64,000 bases of DNA from an uncultured delta proteobacterium (GCA_963771465.1 CAVYTU010000014.1:1088001-1152000), one strand, 5' to 3'. Positions 20,926-31,209 are shown, counted from the stretch's first letter. Notes: generated by a model not told the origin, from the letters alone. Made by a program: numbers and translations.

Positions 20926-21975
20926 ATGGCATCGACGAATCCAACAACGCAGGACACGGTAACGCAATCTGAGGCCGGTGGACTATGGTCCGATGTCTGG
21001 CACCGTTTTAAACGCAATCCGATCGCGCTTACGGGCTTTTACGTTGTTTGTTTTTTTATTTTTATGGCGCTGTTCGCCGACTTCATCGCCAACGACAAGC
21101 CCTATTATACCGAGTATAAAGGCAAGTCGTATTTCCCTATTTTTCGCAGCTACTTGGTCCGCATGAAGCTTGGTCGATGGCCGGCCGAACTGCTAAACGT
21201 TGAGTTTAGAAAACTTGAGGACGCCAAATCAATTTTTCCGCCGATTCCCTATCGCCCGGGCAATATCAACTTGCTCGAGCCGCTCGAGCCGCCTTCAGAG
21301 CGCCACTGGTTCGGCACCGATAAGCTGGGCCGCGACGTGATGGCGGGGATGATTCATGGATCGCGCGTCTCATTATCGATCGGTTTTGTCGCGGTCGGGA
21401 TCGCGGTCGTGATCGGTGTCGTGCTCGGCGCCATTGCCGGCTACTTCGGTTCATGGACAGATTTGGTCATCTCGCGTTTCTTCGAAGTGATGCTTTCTAT
21501 CCCGACGTTTTTTCTGTTGATCACCATCGCGGCGCTTTTGCCGCCGAGCATTTTTTTGACGATGTTGATCATCGGCGCGACCAGCTGGGTCGGCATCGCA
21601 CGCTTTACGCGCAACGAGTTTTTGCGGATTCGCAGTCTAGATTACGTGACCTCAGCGATCGCGCTTGGCGTGTCAGATCGTAAAGTTATGTTCCGACATA
21701 TTCTACCCAACGCCCTAGCACCGGTGATCGTCTCCGTGGTGCTCGGCATCGCCGGCGCGATCCTGGTCGAGTCCAGTCTAAGTTTCCTCGGCATCGGCGT
21801 GCCGGCTGAACTGGTCACCTGGGGTTCGATCTTACACGAAGCCAGCAGCACAACTTTCGCCTGGTGGCTTGCGGTCTTTCCCGGTTTCGCCATCTTTATT
21901 ACGGTGCTCGCCTATTACCTCGTCGGCGAAGGCTTGCGCGAAGTGCTCGACCCGCGCCTGCGCGGCTTGCGTTAG
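20926..21975 (+). CDS. oppC: Peptide ABC transporter permease
   Basis: HWFGTDKLGRD, RHILPN, ESSLSFLGIG and GEGLREVLDPR motifs. Confidence 0.92.
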   Translation: MASTNPTTQDTVTQSEAGGLWSDVWHRFKRNPIALTGFYVVCFFIFMALFADFIANDKPYYTEYKGKSYFPIFRSYLVRMKLGRWPAELLNVEFRKLEDAKSIFPPIPYRPGNINLLEPLEPPSERHWFGTDKLGRDVMAGMIHGSRVSLSIGFVAVGIAVVIGVVLGAIAGYFGSWTDLVISRFFEVMLSIPTFFLLITIAALLPPSIFLTMLIIGATSWVGIARFTRNEFLRIRSLDYVTSAIALGVSDRKVMFRHILPNALAPVIVSVVLGIAGAILVESSLSFLGIGVPAELVTWGSILHEASSTTFAWWLAVFPGFAIFITVLAYYLVGEGLREVLDPRLRGLR

Positions 21976-22108
21976 TTCGATGCTTTCTGTTAAGTCGGTC
22001 GAAGCCCATTGCCATTCCTTATTTTGGAACCGAATGTTGCTACTAACAGAACGTATGGCGAGCATCGGCGCGCGAACCGACCATGAGGTCGAAAGAAAAT
22101 AAATATTT

Positions 22109-23236
22109 ATGGCGGAGAAAAGTCTCGACGAAATTAAAACCGATATCTTGCAGCGTTCCGGACGGATCAATCCATTCGAGCGGGTGAAGCAAGCCGACGT
22201 CGAGCTGGTGGTGAAAAACTTGGCCAGCCTCGATTCAGAACTATGGGGCCGCGAGTGGGGTAAGTTTGGCGTCAAGTATGAGGCGGTGGCCCAGGAGCAG
22301 GAAAAGCAAGGCAAGTCGAAAGAGGCCGGCGAGACTTATTACTTGGCCTACGAATATTACCGAATCGGCCGTTATCCGGTGCCGAGCAGTCCGGAAAAAA
22401 TGAAATGTTATCAAGGCGCGCTCAGGACTTTCACCAAAGCCGGCGCGACTATGGAACCGCCGCTGAAGCGCATCGAGATTCCTTTTGAAGGCAAGAAAGT
22501 CGTCGGCTACCTGCAAGTGCCCAAAGGTGTCGATCGCCCGCCGGTGGTGATGCATTGGGGCGGCGTCGATGGTTGGAAAGAAGACCGGCGGACTAACAAC
22601 GACGTGCTGCTAAAGCTAGGCATCGCTTGTTTCACCATCGACATGCCCGGCGCCGGGGAAAATCCTTGTTTGGGTCAAGAGCCGAAAGCGGAAAGAACAT
22701 TTTCGGCGGCGATGGATTACTTGGAAACCCGCAGCGACATCGACGGCAAGCGCATTGCCTGCATGGGCGGCAGCTTCGGCGGCTATTGGGCGGCGAAGCT
22801 CGCCCACACCGAGCCGAAGCGCTTGCGCGGCGCGGTCAATCATGGGGCCGGCGTGCATAGGACTTTTCAGGAAGAATGGTTGCGCCCGGCGCTGACTTTG
22901 ACGGCATCGCAATATCTGATGGGGCCGGCGAGTTTGCTCGACGCGCGCTCATATATTTTCGGCGTCAAGAGTTTGGAAGAAGTGCTCAAGACCGCGCCGA
23001 CGCTTTCGCTGGTGACGCAAGGTTTGATCGATCAGCCCTGCGCGCCATTGCTCTGCATCAACGGTAAGGACGACGATCAGCATCCGATCAGCGACTTCTA
23101 TTTGCTAGCCGAGCACGGTAGCCCAAAAGACTTGCGCATTATTCCTGAGGCTGGCCATATGGGCCGCAAGAAGGGCGAGTCGAACGACGAAGTCGTCGGC
23201 ATCGTGACGACCTGGCTTCAAGAGAAACTGGCATAA
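22109..23236 (+). CDS. Alpha/beta hydrolase (FrsA/esterase-like)
   Basis: GGVDGWKE, DMPGAGE, nucleophile GGSFGG, C-terminal D and H (GHMG). Confidence 0.8.
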   Translation: MAEKSLDEIKTDILQRSGRINPFERVKQADVELVVKNLASLDSELWGREWGKFGVKYEAVAQEQEKQGKSKEAGETYYLAYEYYRIGRYPVPSSPEKMKCYQGALRTFTKAGATMEPPLKRIEIPFEGKKVVGYLQVPKGVDRPPVVMHWGGVDGWKEDRRTNNDVLLKLGIACFTIDMPGAGENPCLGQEPKAERTFSAAMDYLETRSDIDGKRIACMGGSFGGYWAAKLAHTEPKRLRGAVNHGAGVHRTFQEEWLRPALTLTASQYLMGPASLLDARSYIFGVKSLEEVLKTAPTLSLVTQGLIDQPCAPLLCINGKDDDQHPISDFYLLAEHGSPKDLRIIPEAGHMGRKKGESNDEVVGIVTTWLQEKLA

Positions 23237-23253
23237 TTTAGGCAGGAGAATAC

Positions 23254-23802
23254 ATGGCACGCATCGCAACGATCACTAAAAAAGAAGAGTTGGCAGCGGA
23301 CGGGCAGAAAGTATTTGACGCCATTGCGCAGAGTCGTGGCGTGGTCGGCGGGCCGTGGTTGGCGTTGCTGCACAGCCCGGAGATGGCGCAGCGCACCATG
23401 CATCTTGGCTCCTACGTGCGTTTTGAGTCGACGCTGGAGCACAAGGTTCTTGAGTTCACGGCGCTGGTCGCCGCGCGGGAGCTTGAATGCAAGCATGAGT
23501 GGGCTGCCCATGTAAATCACGCCCAAAAGGCTGGCGTTCCGCTAGAGACGATTCGCATGGTGCACCAGAAGAAGGGCGCGGAAAATTTTTCTTCCGAAGA
23601 TGCGCAAATCGTCAGCTTCGTGCGCGAGATGATTCAGACGCACCGGGTGAGTGAACCGACCTTTCAGGCGATCTTCAATCGCTTCGGTGAAAAGGGCATG
23701 GTCGAGCTCACCGCAACGATCGGCTATTACGCCATGCTCGCCTGCACGCTCAATACTTTCGACGTCTATACCGCCTCGCCGCCGGATGATCTGAAGATCT
23801 AA
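23254..23802 (+). CDS. Carboxymuconolactone decarboxylase/AhpD-like protein
   Basis: GPWLALLHSP, E-W-x-x-H and ELTATIGYY motifs. Confidence 0.8.
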   Translation: MARIATITKKEELAADGQKVFDAIAQSRGVVGGPWLALLHSPEMAQRTMHLGSYVRFESTLEHKVLEFTALVAARELECKHEWAAHVNHAQKAGVPLETIRMVHQKKGAENFSSEDAQIVSFVREMIQTHRVSEPTFQAIFNRFGEKGMVELTATIGYYAMLACTLNTFDVYTASPPDDLKI

Positions 23803-24016
23803 TCTGACATGACGGCGTTTGCGCACTGATCGCGCACGGCAAATTTCAAGTTCCCAATGTTCCTCGAAGATCAAGTGTGGCCCAAACGCTGTGGCCATAT
23901 GAAGGGAAAACAAGTCATTCATTTCATACTGACAATTGCGGTTTGGCCGTTGACAGCGTGCGCGAGGGACGGATAGTCTCGGGCGAAAATCGAGATCGCA
24001 GGAAGGGATTCAGGCG

Positions 24017-24787
24017 ATGAAACTGAAAGATCAAGTGGCGCTGATTACCGGGGCGGGGAGAAATATCGGCAAGGCGATGGCTAAGCTGTTCGCTTCCGAA
24101 GGGGCGAAGATTATCGTTGCCGAAATGCATGAAGGGCGCGGTCAAGCGGTGGTCGACGAGATCAACCAGTCGGGTGGTCAAGCAGCGTTGGTGTTGGGCG
24201 ATGTTTCCAAGTCGGCGGACGTGCAGCGCATGGTAAAGGACGGAGTAGGCAAGTTCGGCGGCATCGATATTCTCGTCAACAACGCGGCGCTGACCGACCA
24301 CGCCAATATTTTTGACAGCACGGAAGAAGAATTCGACAAGGTCATCGCCGTGAGTTTGAAGGGACCGTATCTGGTGACGAAATATGTTGCCATGCAGATG
24401 AAGACCCAAGGGCGCGGCGGCAAAGTTTTGAATTTCGGTTCGACATCGGGATTGGTCGGTCGTTTCGACGGCATCGCCTACGCGGCGGCGAAAGCGGGCG
24501 TCATCAACATGACCCGCGCCATGGCGGTGCAGCTGGCCGAGTACGGCATTCGCGTCAACTGTGTCGTACCCAACCGTTCCGGTTCGCCGGTGGGTTACGA
24601 TGATGACGTGGCTGGCAGCCGCACTTTTCAGAACCTCGCCGGCCGTCTCGGTACGGCTGACGATCAGGCAAAAGCGGCATTATTTCTGGTCAGCGACGAT
24701 TCCAGCTTCATCATCGGTCATCCGCTGATCGTCGACGGCGGCGTGATGGCGACGGCGAATTTTCCGCGCGAGCAGTTTCAGAAATAA
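24017..24787 (+). CDS. Short-chain dehydrogenase/reductase
   Basis: TGAGRNIG, NNAA, YAAAK and VDGG motifs; upstream TTGACA-18-TAGTCT. Confidence 0.92.
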   Translation: MKLKDQVALITGAGRNIGKAMAKLFASEGAKIIVAEMHEGRGQAVVDEINQSGGQAALVLGDVSKSADVQRMVKDGVGKFGGIDILVNNAALTDHANIFDSTEEEFDKVIAVSLKGPYLVTKYVAMQMKTQGRGGKVLNFGSTSGLVGRFDGIAYAAAKAGVINMTRAMAVQLAEYGIRVNCVVPNRSGSPVGYDDDVAGSRTFQNLAGRLGTADDQAKAALFLVSDDSSFIIGHPLIVDGGVMATANFPREQFQK

Positions 24788-24794
24788 GACCGAA

Positions 24795-24839
24795 GCCGTT
24801 CAAACCGTTCAAATGGTTCAAACAGTTCAAGCCGTTTAA
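24795..24839. repeat. Five-copy degenerate 9-mer tandem repeat
   Basis: GCCGTTCAA ACCGTTCAA ATGGTTCAA ACAGTTCAA GCCGTTTAA between convergent genes. Confidence 0.8.
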
Positions 24840-24880
24840 GGAGGATCGGTGCGTGGTTGGTTCGATTCTCCGGACACGAG

Positions 24881-26131
24881 TCAGCGATACAGCGGCAGCG
24901 CCGCGATGCGCCGTTCAATCTCCGCCATCATCAACTTGTATTCCGGTCCATCGAAGCCGCCAAAGACGCGTTTGAATTCCGCCTCTTGCATGTATTCCGG
25001 CAGGTCGGTGGTGTCTGGCATGAGGTCGTTTTCGCTTAACCCGGCGGCAAGTTTTTGTCGCAATCTTCGCGCCGACGCGCTCCTTGCCGCATACTCGCCG
25101 AAGCGCGTGCCGGCGCGGTCGGCGGCGATGTCGTTAAATGAAAAGCCGCTGCCGCCGCGCGAGTCGGCAATCTCTTTGTAGACGCCGACGGCGTCCGCTA
25201 ACGGACTGCCGGCGTTGGCCGCGAGCGCCGCGGATACGATGAAATGCTTGGCGAAATCGTCACGCTTACTGAGCAGGACGTCATGCTTGGCTGGGCGCGG
25301 CCAATTCTTCGCAACAGGCAGGACTTTGTCCAAGCTCTCGCCGGTGATGTAGATCGATAATATCAAGATCGCCGCACGGTTTTCCGCTGGCGGATTTTTA
25401 TCGGACCGCTCGGCGGCGAACTTCAACAGTGGCGCTAGCAACTCGATCATGGAGACATTCTTGGATTTTAGCGTACGGGTAACTTCCGCCAATCGCCCTT
25501 GGTAAGCTTTTAGACGATCTTGTTCCTCGGGCGGAATCAGCGCAGCACGCAATTGGTCTGGCAGATCCGCCTGCCACTCATAGGTCAGCGCGATGCGTCG
25601 TTGGTCGACGCGTATTTGCGTGACCACTTGAGCGAATGCATTGAGATCGACAGAGCCGAATGCCAAATCGAAACCGCGCCAGAACAGCCACTGCGCAATC
25701 TGGGGTGGAAGCGACAATCGGCCGATGCGCAGGTATTGCCAGCTTAGACCGGAGCCGTCTTCCACCAATACCGCGTTGAGATTGATGAATAGGCCCATCG
25801 GTATCATCGGCAGTGACCGGCTGGCGCTGAGCTCGACGGCGCGATTCTTCAGCGCCACCCGCGCGCTGGCGCCGGCGTATTGCTGCGCCATATAATTGGC
25901 GGCGAGATCCAGATCGCCTTGGCTGATAACAACCGTGCGCCGCGCGCCGGATTTCAGTTTGCGCGGATCGTTTTGATCGAGAATACGCTTGGCCCGTTCG
26001 ATGCTGCCCGGCGTGACTTCGGCGGCGCGACTGACCGTCGGCTGAGTCTCGATGATGAGAAAGGCGGCGCCGATAAGCGCCAATGGCAAGGCAAGGATCA
26101 GCAGCAGGAGCAGCTTGAATAAGAATCGCAT
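24881..26131 (-). CDS. Conserved hypothetical membrane-anchored protein with a YfiM-like C-terminal motif
   Basis: N-terminal TM; C-terminal KHFIVSAAL...KEIADSRGGSGFSFNDIAADRAG. Confidence 0.65.
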   Translation of the reverse strand: MRFLFKLLLLLILALPLALIGAAFLIIETQPTVSRAAEVTPGSIERAKRILDQNDPRKLKSGARRTVVISQGDLDLAANYMAQQYAGASARVALKNRAVELSASRSLPMIPMGLFINLNAVLVEDGSGLSWQYLRIGRLSLPPQIAQWLFWRGFDLAFGSVDLNAFAQVVTQIRVDQRRIALTYEWQADLPDQLRAALIPPEEQDRLKAYQGRLAEVTRTLKSKNVSMIELLAPLLKFAAERSDKNPPAENRAAILILSIYITGESLDKVLPVAKNWPRPAKHDVLLSKRDDFAKHFIVSAALAANAGSPLADAVGVYKEIADSRGGSGFSFNDIAADRAGTRFGEYAARSASARRLRQKLAAGLSENDLMPDTTDLPEYMQEAEFKRVFGGFDGPEYKLMMAEIERRIAALPLYR

Positions 26132-26416
26132 CGCGTGACCTTAGACGAAATTACGCGATGCTGCGACCAAATGCGAATCTTACGTAGGCCTGGCGCGAAT
26201 GAATCTAACTCAGCTCCTGCCTCAACCAACTGACGATAGTCGGGAAGGTCTGCGGCGTTTGGCCCATGTGGCCGCCGGGGAAGACCTGATCATGTTGGCA
26301 CTCTTGGGATTTAATGCTATGGGAGATGCAATTCGCGATATTTTGGACCTGCGCATGTTGAATCGAGTGCGCGGAGGCCGTACAACGTGAGGGGACGCAA
26401 CCGCGAAGTCGCAGCC

Positions 26417-27406
26417 ATGGCTGATCTAATCCAGGTTAAAAATCTCCAGACTTCTTTTTTCACGCCGGAAGGCGAAGTGCGCGCCATCGATGGCATCAGC
26501 TTCGAGATCGGCGAGGGCAAAACCCTCGGACTGGTGGGCGAATCGGGCTGCGGCAAGAGCGTGACGTCACTCTCGATCATGCGGCTGATCCAATCGCCGC
26601 CGGGAAAAATCGTCGGCGGCGAGATTTTCTACCGTGGCAAGGATCTTCTCAGGCTCAACAATGAAGCGATGCGAAAAATCCGCGGCAACGAGATCTCGAT
26701 GATCTTCCAGGAGCCCATGACTTCGCTCAATCCGGTGTTCACCGTCGGCAATCAGATCGGCGAAGCGATCAAACTGCATCAGGGATTGGGCAAACAGGAG
26801 ACCCGCGCCAAGACGATTGAAATGTTGCGCTTGGTCAAGATCGCCGATCCAGAGTCGCGCGTCGATTCCTATCCGCACCAATTGAGCGGTGGCATGCGCC
26901 AGCGCGTCATGATCGCCATGGCGCTGTCGTGCAATCCATCGCTGCTGATCGCCGACGAGCCGACCACGGCGCTGGACGTGACGATCCAGGCGCAGATTCT
27001 CGAGCTGATGAAAGAGCTGCAGCGAAAGATCGGCGGCATGGCGCTGCTCTTGATCACCCACGATCTCGGCGTGGTCGCCGAACAAGCTGACGATGTCGCC
27101 ATCATGTATGCCGGCAAGATCGTCGAGCGGGCCAACACCAAGGCGATATTCACCAAACCGTTTCACCCTTATACCGTCGGTCTGCTCAATTCGCTGCCGA
27201 GCGTCGGTGCCGCGAAGAAACATCGCTTGGACGCGATCCCGGGCGTCGTGCCAAGTCCGCTCCATTTACCGAGCGGCTGCCGCTTTCGCGACCGCTGTCC
27301 GAGAGCGGCGGAGCTGTGTGCTCAGAGCGAACCGGAGCTGGTCGAGCGAGAGGCAGGCCATACGGTGGCTTGTCATTTTCCGCATGACGAAGTGCGCGCT
27401 AGTTAA
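26417..27406 (+). CDS. oppD: Oligopeptide ABC transporter ATP-binding protein
   Basis: [26 protein letters not shown] and a C-terminal Cys cluster. Confidence 0.93.
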   Translation: MADLIQVKNLQTSFFTPEGEVRAIDGISFEIGEGKTLGLVGESGCGKSVTSLSIMRLIQSPPGKIVGGEIFYRGKDLLRLNNEAMRKIRGNEISMIFQEPMTSLNPVFTVGNQIGEAIKLHQGLGKQETRAKTIEMLRLVKIADPESRVDSYPHQLSGGMRQRVMIAMALSCNPSLLIADEPTTALDVTIQAQILELMKELQRKIGGMALLLITHDLGVVAEQADDVAIMYAGKIVERANTKAIFTKPFHPYTVGLLNSLPSVGAAKKHRLDAIPGVVPSPLHLPSGCRFRDRCPRAAELCAQSEPELVEREAGHTVACHFPHDEVRAS

Positions 27407-27484
27407 TGGAAAATTGAGAATGGATAATTGAAAATGGAAGAACTGAATTTCAAATTATCCATTATCCATTATCCATTTTGAATT
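27405..27484. repeat. Inverted pair of heptamer arrays between oppD and oppF
   Basis: AATGGAA AATTGAG AATGGAT AATTGAA AATGGAA, then ATTATCC x3 ATTTTGA ATT. Confidence 0.8.
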
Positions 27485-27494
27485 GAGCCAATTC

Positions 27495-28472
27495 ATGAGC
27501 TTGTTAGAAATTCGCAACCTGAAAAAATATTTCCCCGTCGGCGAGGGATTTTTTTCGCGCGGCAAGGGCGCGGTCAAAGCGGTTGACGGAGTTAACCTGA
27601 CGATCGAGGAAGGCGAGACGGTCGGTTTAGTCGGCGAATCGGGATGCGGCAAGTCGACTTTGGGCCGGACGATTCTCCGGTTGATCGAGCCGACCAGCGG
27701 CGAAGTCAATTTTCTTGGCAAGAATTTGCTGACGATGCCCCAGCGCGAGCTGCGCGATATGCGGCGCCAGATGCAGATCATTTTCCAGGACCCCTACGCT
27801 TCGCTCAACCCGCGCATGCGGGTCGGCGATATCGTCGGTGAAGGACTGGAAATTCATAAGCTCGCCAAAGGCAAAGCCAAGCGCGATCGGGTGATGGAGC
27901 TGCTCCATCAAGTCGGTCTGCGCGAAGATCACTTCGACCGCTACCCGCACGAATTTAGCGGCGGCCAGCGCCAGCGCATCGGCATCGCCCGCGCTTTAGC
28001 CGTGAGTCCAAAGTTCATCGTTTGCGACGAGCCGGTGTCGTCCCTCGATGTTTCGATTCAAGCGCAGATCATCAATCTCTTGCAGGAGCTGCAAGAGAAG
28101 ATGCATCTGACCTACCTATTCATTTCCCACGATCTCCGGGTCGTCGAGCATATCAGCCATCGAGTGGCGATCATGTATCTTGGCAAGGTGGTCGAAATCG
28201 CCAAGAGCGACACGATTTACCGGGACGCCAAACATCCCTATACCCGCGCGCTGCTCTCCGCCGTGCCGATCCCCGATATGTCGCGCAAGAAAGAGCGGGT
28301 CATCCTCGAAGGCGACGTGCCGAGTCCGGTGAACCCGCCGTCGGGTTGTACGTTCCACCCGCGCTGCTCCTACCGTGAAGCGCTGTGCAGCCAGAGCGAG
28401 CCCAGTTTAGATTTTGCCGCGGACGGCCATGGTGTCGCTTGCCATGTCTTCGGGCCGATTAAACGGGCGTGA
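27495..28472 (+). CDS. oppF: Oligopeptide ABC transporter ATP-binding protein
   Basis: [35 protein letters not shown] and HPYTRALL motifs. Confidence 0.93.
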   Translation: MSLLEIRNLKKYFPVGEGFFSRGKGAVKAVDGVNLTIEEGETVGLVGESGCGKSTLGRTILRLIEPTSGEVNFLGKNLLTMPQRELRDMRRQMQIIFQDPYASLNPRMRVGDIVGEGLEIHKLAKGKAKRDRVMELLHQVGLREDHFDRYPHEFSGGQRQRIGIARALAVSPKFIVCDEPVSSLDVSIQAQIINLLQELQEKMHLTYLFISHDLRVVEHISHRVAIMYLGKVVEIAKSDTIYRDAKHPYTRALLSAVPIPDMSRKKERVILEGDVPSPVNPPSGCTFHPRCSYREALCSQSEPSLDFAADGHGVACHVFGPIKRA

Positions 28473-28539
28473 TGTCCACGCGACCTTCGCAATGCCAAAT
28501 CTGCCATTGCAAATTTCAAATTGAGAGTCTCGCCGGGAG

Positions 28540-28567
28540 TTGATTTAGGCGGTGCCGATGGTACAAT
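28540..28567 (+). promoter_or_regulatory. Sigma70-like promoter upstream of greA
   Basis: TTGATT-16 nt-TACAAT with extended -10 TGn. Confidence 0.55.
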
Positions 28568-28610
28568 CACACTAGAATTTAACAGCTTGGCGAGACCAAC
28601 ATTTAATTAA

Positions 28611-28646
28611 GGCCTCTCGGGAGCGATTCCGAGGGGTTTTTATTTT
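28611..28646 (+). terminator. Intrinsic terminator-like hairpin in the greA leader
   Basis: CCTCTCGGGA-GCGA-TTCCGAGGGG followed by TTTTTATTTT, 17 nt before the greA ATG. Confidence 0.7.
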
Positions 28647-28663
28647 GTTGTGGAGTTGAATTT

Positions 28664-29146
28664 ATGGCTGACGACAGCGTGCCAATGACGAACAAGGGTT
28701 ACCAGTTCTTGATGGAAGAGCTGAAACGATTGAAAAGCGTGGAGCGTCCTCGCAACGTACGCGAAATCGAAGAGGCCCGCGAACACGGTGATCTTTCGGA
28801 AAACGCCGAATTCCATGCCGCCAAAGATCGCCAGTCCTTGCTAGATTTGCAGATCCGGGAGATCGAAGACAAAATCGCGCGGGCCCAGATCATAGACATT
28901 TCCAAGCTTTCCGGCGAGAAGATTGTATTCGGTGCCACGGTGGCGCTCGCCGATGGTGACACGGGCGATAAGGTGGTATATCAAATCGTCGGCGATCACG
29001 AGGCGGAACCGAAGAACGGTAAGATTTCCATTAGCTCTCCCATCGCTCGGGCATTGATCGGCAAGAACGAGGGAGAAGAAGTTCAGGTCCGCACCCCCAC
29101 GGGCGTTCGTACTTTCGACATCCTTAGCGTCGACTATATCGAATAA
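28664..29146 (+). CDS. greA: Transcription elongation factor GreA
   Basis: AREHGDLSENAEFHAAK and ISISSPIARALIGK motifs. Confidence 0.96.
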   Translation: MADDSVPMTNKGYQFLMEELKRLKSVERPRNVREIEEAREHGDLSENAEFHAAKDRQSLLDLQIREIEDKIARAQIIDISKLSGEKIVFGATVALADGDTGDKVVYQIVGDHEAEPKNGKISISSPIARALIGKNEGEEVQVRTPTGVRTFDILSVDYIE

Positions 29147-29187
29147 GTCGCCGGTGCCAGTGGGGCGGGCCGTTCTGGAAAGGCAGC

Positions 29188-31209
29188 ATGACCTTTTCAG
29201 CCATCGCGGTTGCACCCGCTCATTTCGCATCGGCGCATTTCGCCGCGCCCTACCCAGTTCACAATCGCTGCCGATTGCCATCGCGCCATACCGTGCGGTG
29301 GATTGCCGTGGCGCTGCTGATCGTTTTTTTCAGCGGTTATTGGGCGGTGCCAGCCCAAGGCGAAATTCAAATCGAACCGCGGGTCGGTTTCCACGGCGTG
29401 TTCCAGCTTGGCCGGCCGTTTCCACTCGAGATCGAGTTAAACAATAGCGGTCGGCCGGCCGAAGGCGTCTTAGAAGTGCAGGTTTGGAAGGGCGGCGCCA
29501 CCAAAGGCGGCGCGCCGTTCGCGGTCAACTACCGGCGCCAAGTATTTCTCGCGGCCCAGGCGCGCAAGACCATTCAACTCACCGTCGATCCCGATTTTAT
29601 CAGCCGGCCGCTGAGGCTTACTTTCTCCAGTCCCGCGGGCGCGGCCAAGCGCGAACTCGATCTGCGTCGTTATTTTTCACCGACCCCGCTGCTGCTGTTT
29701 CTGAGCGAGAGCAATTTATTACCGCCGATGGCGAGTGCGACGGGGCAGCATCGGCTGATCGCGCTGTCGCCCGGCGAGCTCGCTGCGGACCCGCGCGCAC
29801 TGCTCGGCGTGTCCCACGTTATTCTCTACGATCAGTCGCTACGCGATTTGTCGCGCGCTCAACTCGCCGCCCTCGATACCTGGCTCAGTTCCGGCGGCCG
29901 CATGGTGATCATCGGCAGTCTCAATTTTGCGCTCTATCAAGACGCGGCGCTCAGCCGTTTTTTGCCGGTGCGGGTTAGCGGCACCCGGCGGATCACTTTC
30001 AAACCGAGCGCGGTCAAAGACGAGCCGCCGGCATCGCTCGGCGGCGTGTGGGCGCTGCAGTCGACGCTGGTCAACGGCAAGGTGCTGGCCGAAAGCGACG
30101 GCGTGCCGGTGTTGGTCGAAGCCAGCCGCGGCCGGGGACGAATTATTTATTTCGCTTTGGATATCGGCCGTCCGCCGTTAGCGCAGTGGAGCGGGCTGCC
30201 GAGATATTTGCAGACGCTGCTGGCGCCGGCTAGCGCTGACGATCAGCCGCTGCGCAGCGAGTGGAACGACGCGGTGTTTGCCCAGCTGATCGCGAGTCCG
30301 ACGTTTATCTCGACCTACGTGCCTTCCGGCTCGATGTTTGTCGCGATGATTCTCTATTTGGCCGGTCTCGGCGGTATTCTCTGGCTCTGGCAGCGCAAGA
30401 CATTCTCCGGGCGGGCAACCCTTGGCGCTTTGTTTGGGCTGGTGAGCGTCGGCACTGTTGCCGGCTATTTTCTCTTCAATCGCGGCGGCAATATTCCCGA
30501 CGGTGTGCTGATGACTTCTACCTTGCTTGAGAGCAGCGGCGACGGTTACGTCGAGGCACAGGCGAATCTCGCGCTATTCTCCACCCAGCCGCGGCCCTAC
30601 GATCTCGAAATGAATCGGGGATGGATGGAATTGACGCCGGTCTCCAACCGGGCTAGGGATCAGCAGGCGGCGGCGGTTGTACAACAAGACAGCAACGGTG
30701 TGAGCCGCTACCATCTGCCGCTGCGCGAATGGGACTATCGGCTGTTTCGCATGCGGCTCATCGACCGTTTTCAATTGCGCGCTGAGTTCGAAGCGCAAGG
30801 CGATCAACTGATCATGAAAATCGATAACCAGAGCGGCAAAGATTTGACCCACTGTTGGCTGTTGGTGCCGGGCCGACAATTCGATCTCGGCCGGATCGCC
30901 CATGGCGCCACTTGGCGCAAAACCTTTTCGTTGACGCCCCTCAAGAGCGCCGCCGAAGCGAGCACGGCGCGCAGCGAAGGGGTGAGCTTCCGCGAAGTGC
31001 GGTTTCCGGATAAGACCCGGGATATTTTGTTTCACTCGTCGTTTTTTCCGCGCGACGGCGACGCCCGCTGGGCGAGCGGGGCGGCGGTGTTTTTCGGTTG
31101 GGTCAACGATTTTGAACCGAAGGTGCGCCTGGACGATGCGCGCATCCAGCGCCAGGACTACGCGCTCTACCGCGCGATCATTCCGTTAGCCCAAGGGGAG
31201 GACGAATGA
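29188..31209 (+). CDS. Hypothetical exported/membrane protein with a GATase-like central domain (MoxR operon)
   Basis: Signal-like segment, QLAALDTWLSSGGRMVIIG motif, two TM helices, C-terminal beta domain; start uncertain. Confidence 0.6.
   Translation: MTFSAIAVAPAHFASAHFAAPYPVHNRCRLPSRHTVRWIAVALLIVFFSGYWAVPAQGEIQIEPRVGFHGVFQLGRPFPLEIELNNSGRPAEGVLEVQVWKGGATKGGAPFAVNYRRQVFLAAQARKTIQLTVDPDFISRPLRLTFSSPAGAAKRELDLRRYFSPTPLLLFLSESNLLPPMASATGQHRLIALSPGELAADPRALLGVSHVILYDQSLRDLSRAQLAALDTWLSSGGRMVIIGSLNFALYQDAALSRFLPVRVSGTRRITFKPSAVKDEPPASLGGVWALQSTLVNGKVLAESDGVPVLVEASRGRGRIIYFALDIGRPPLAQWSGLPRYLQTLLAPASADDQPLRSEWNDAVFAQLIASPTFISTYVPSGSMFVAMILYLAGLGGILWLWQRKTFSGRATLGALFGLVSVGTVAGYFLFNRGGNIPDGVLMTSTLLESSGDGYVEAQANLALFSTQPRPYDLEMNRGWMELTPVSNRARDQQAAAVVQQDSNGVSRYHLPLREWDYRLFRMRLIDRFQLRAEFEAQGDQLIMKIDNQSGKDLTHCWLLVPGRQFDLGRIAHGATWRKTFSLTPLKSAAEASTARSEGVSFREVRFPDKTRDILFHSSFFPRDGDARWASGAAVFFGWVNDFEPKVRLDDARIQRQDYALYRAIIPLAQGEDE

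Noticed and set aside
24795-24839. Short arrays considered as CRISPR
   Set aside because: Units are 7-9 nt with no unique spacers and there are no cas genes
24850-24880. GGTTCGATTC resembling a tRNA T-loop
   Set aside because: The flanks do not form a T-stem and there is no cloverleaf or CCA end
26199-26390. 63-aa ORF upstream of oppD
   Set aside because: No RBS or recognisable motif; probably non-coding
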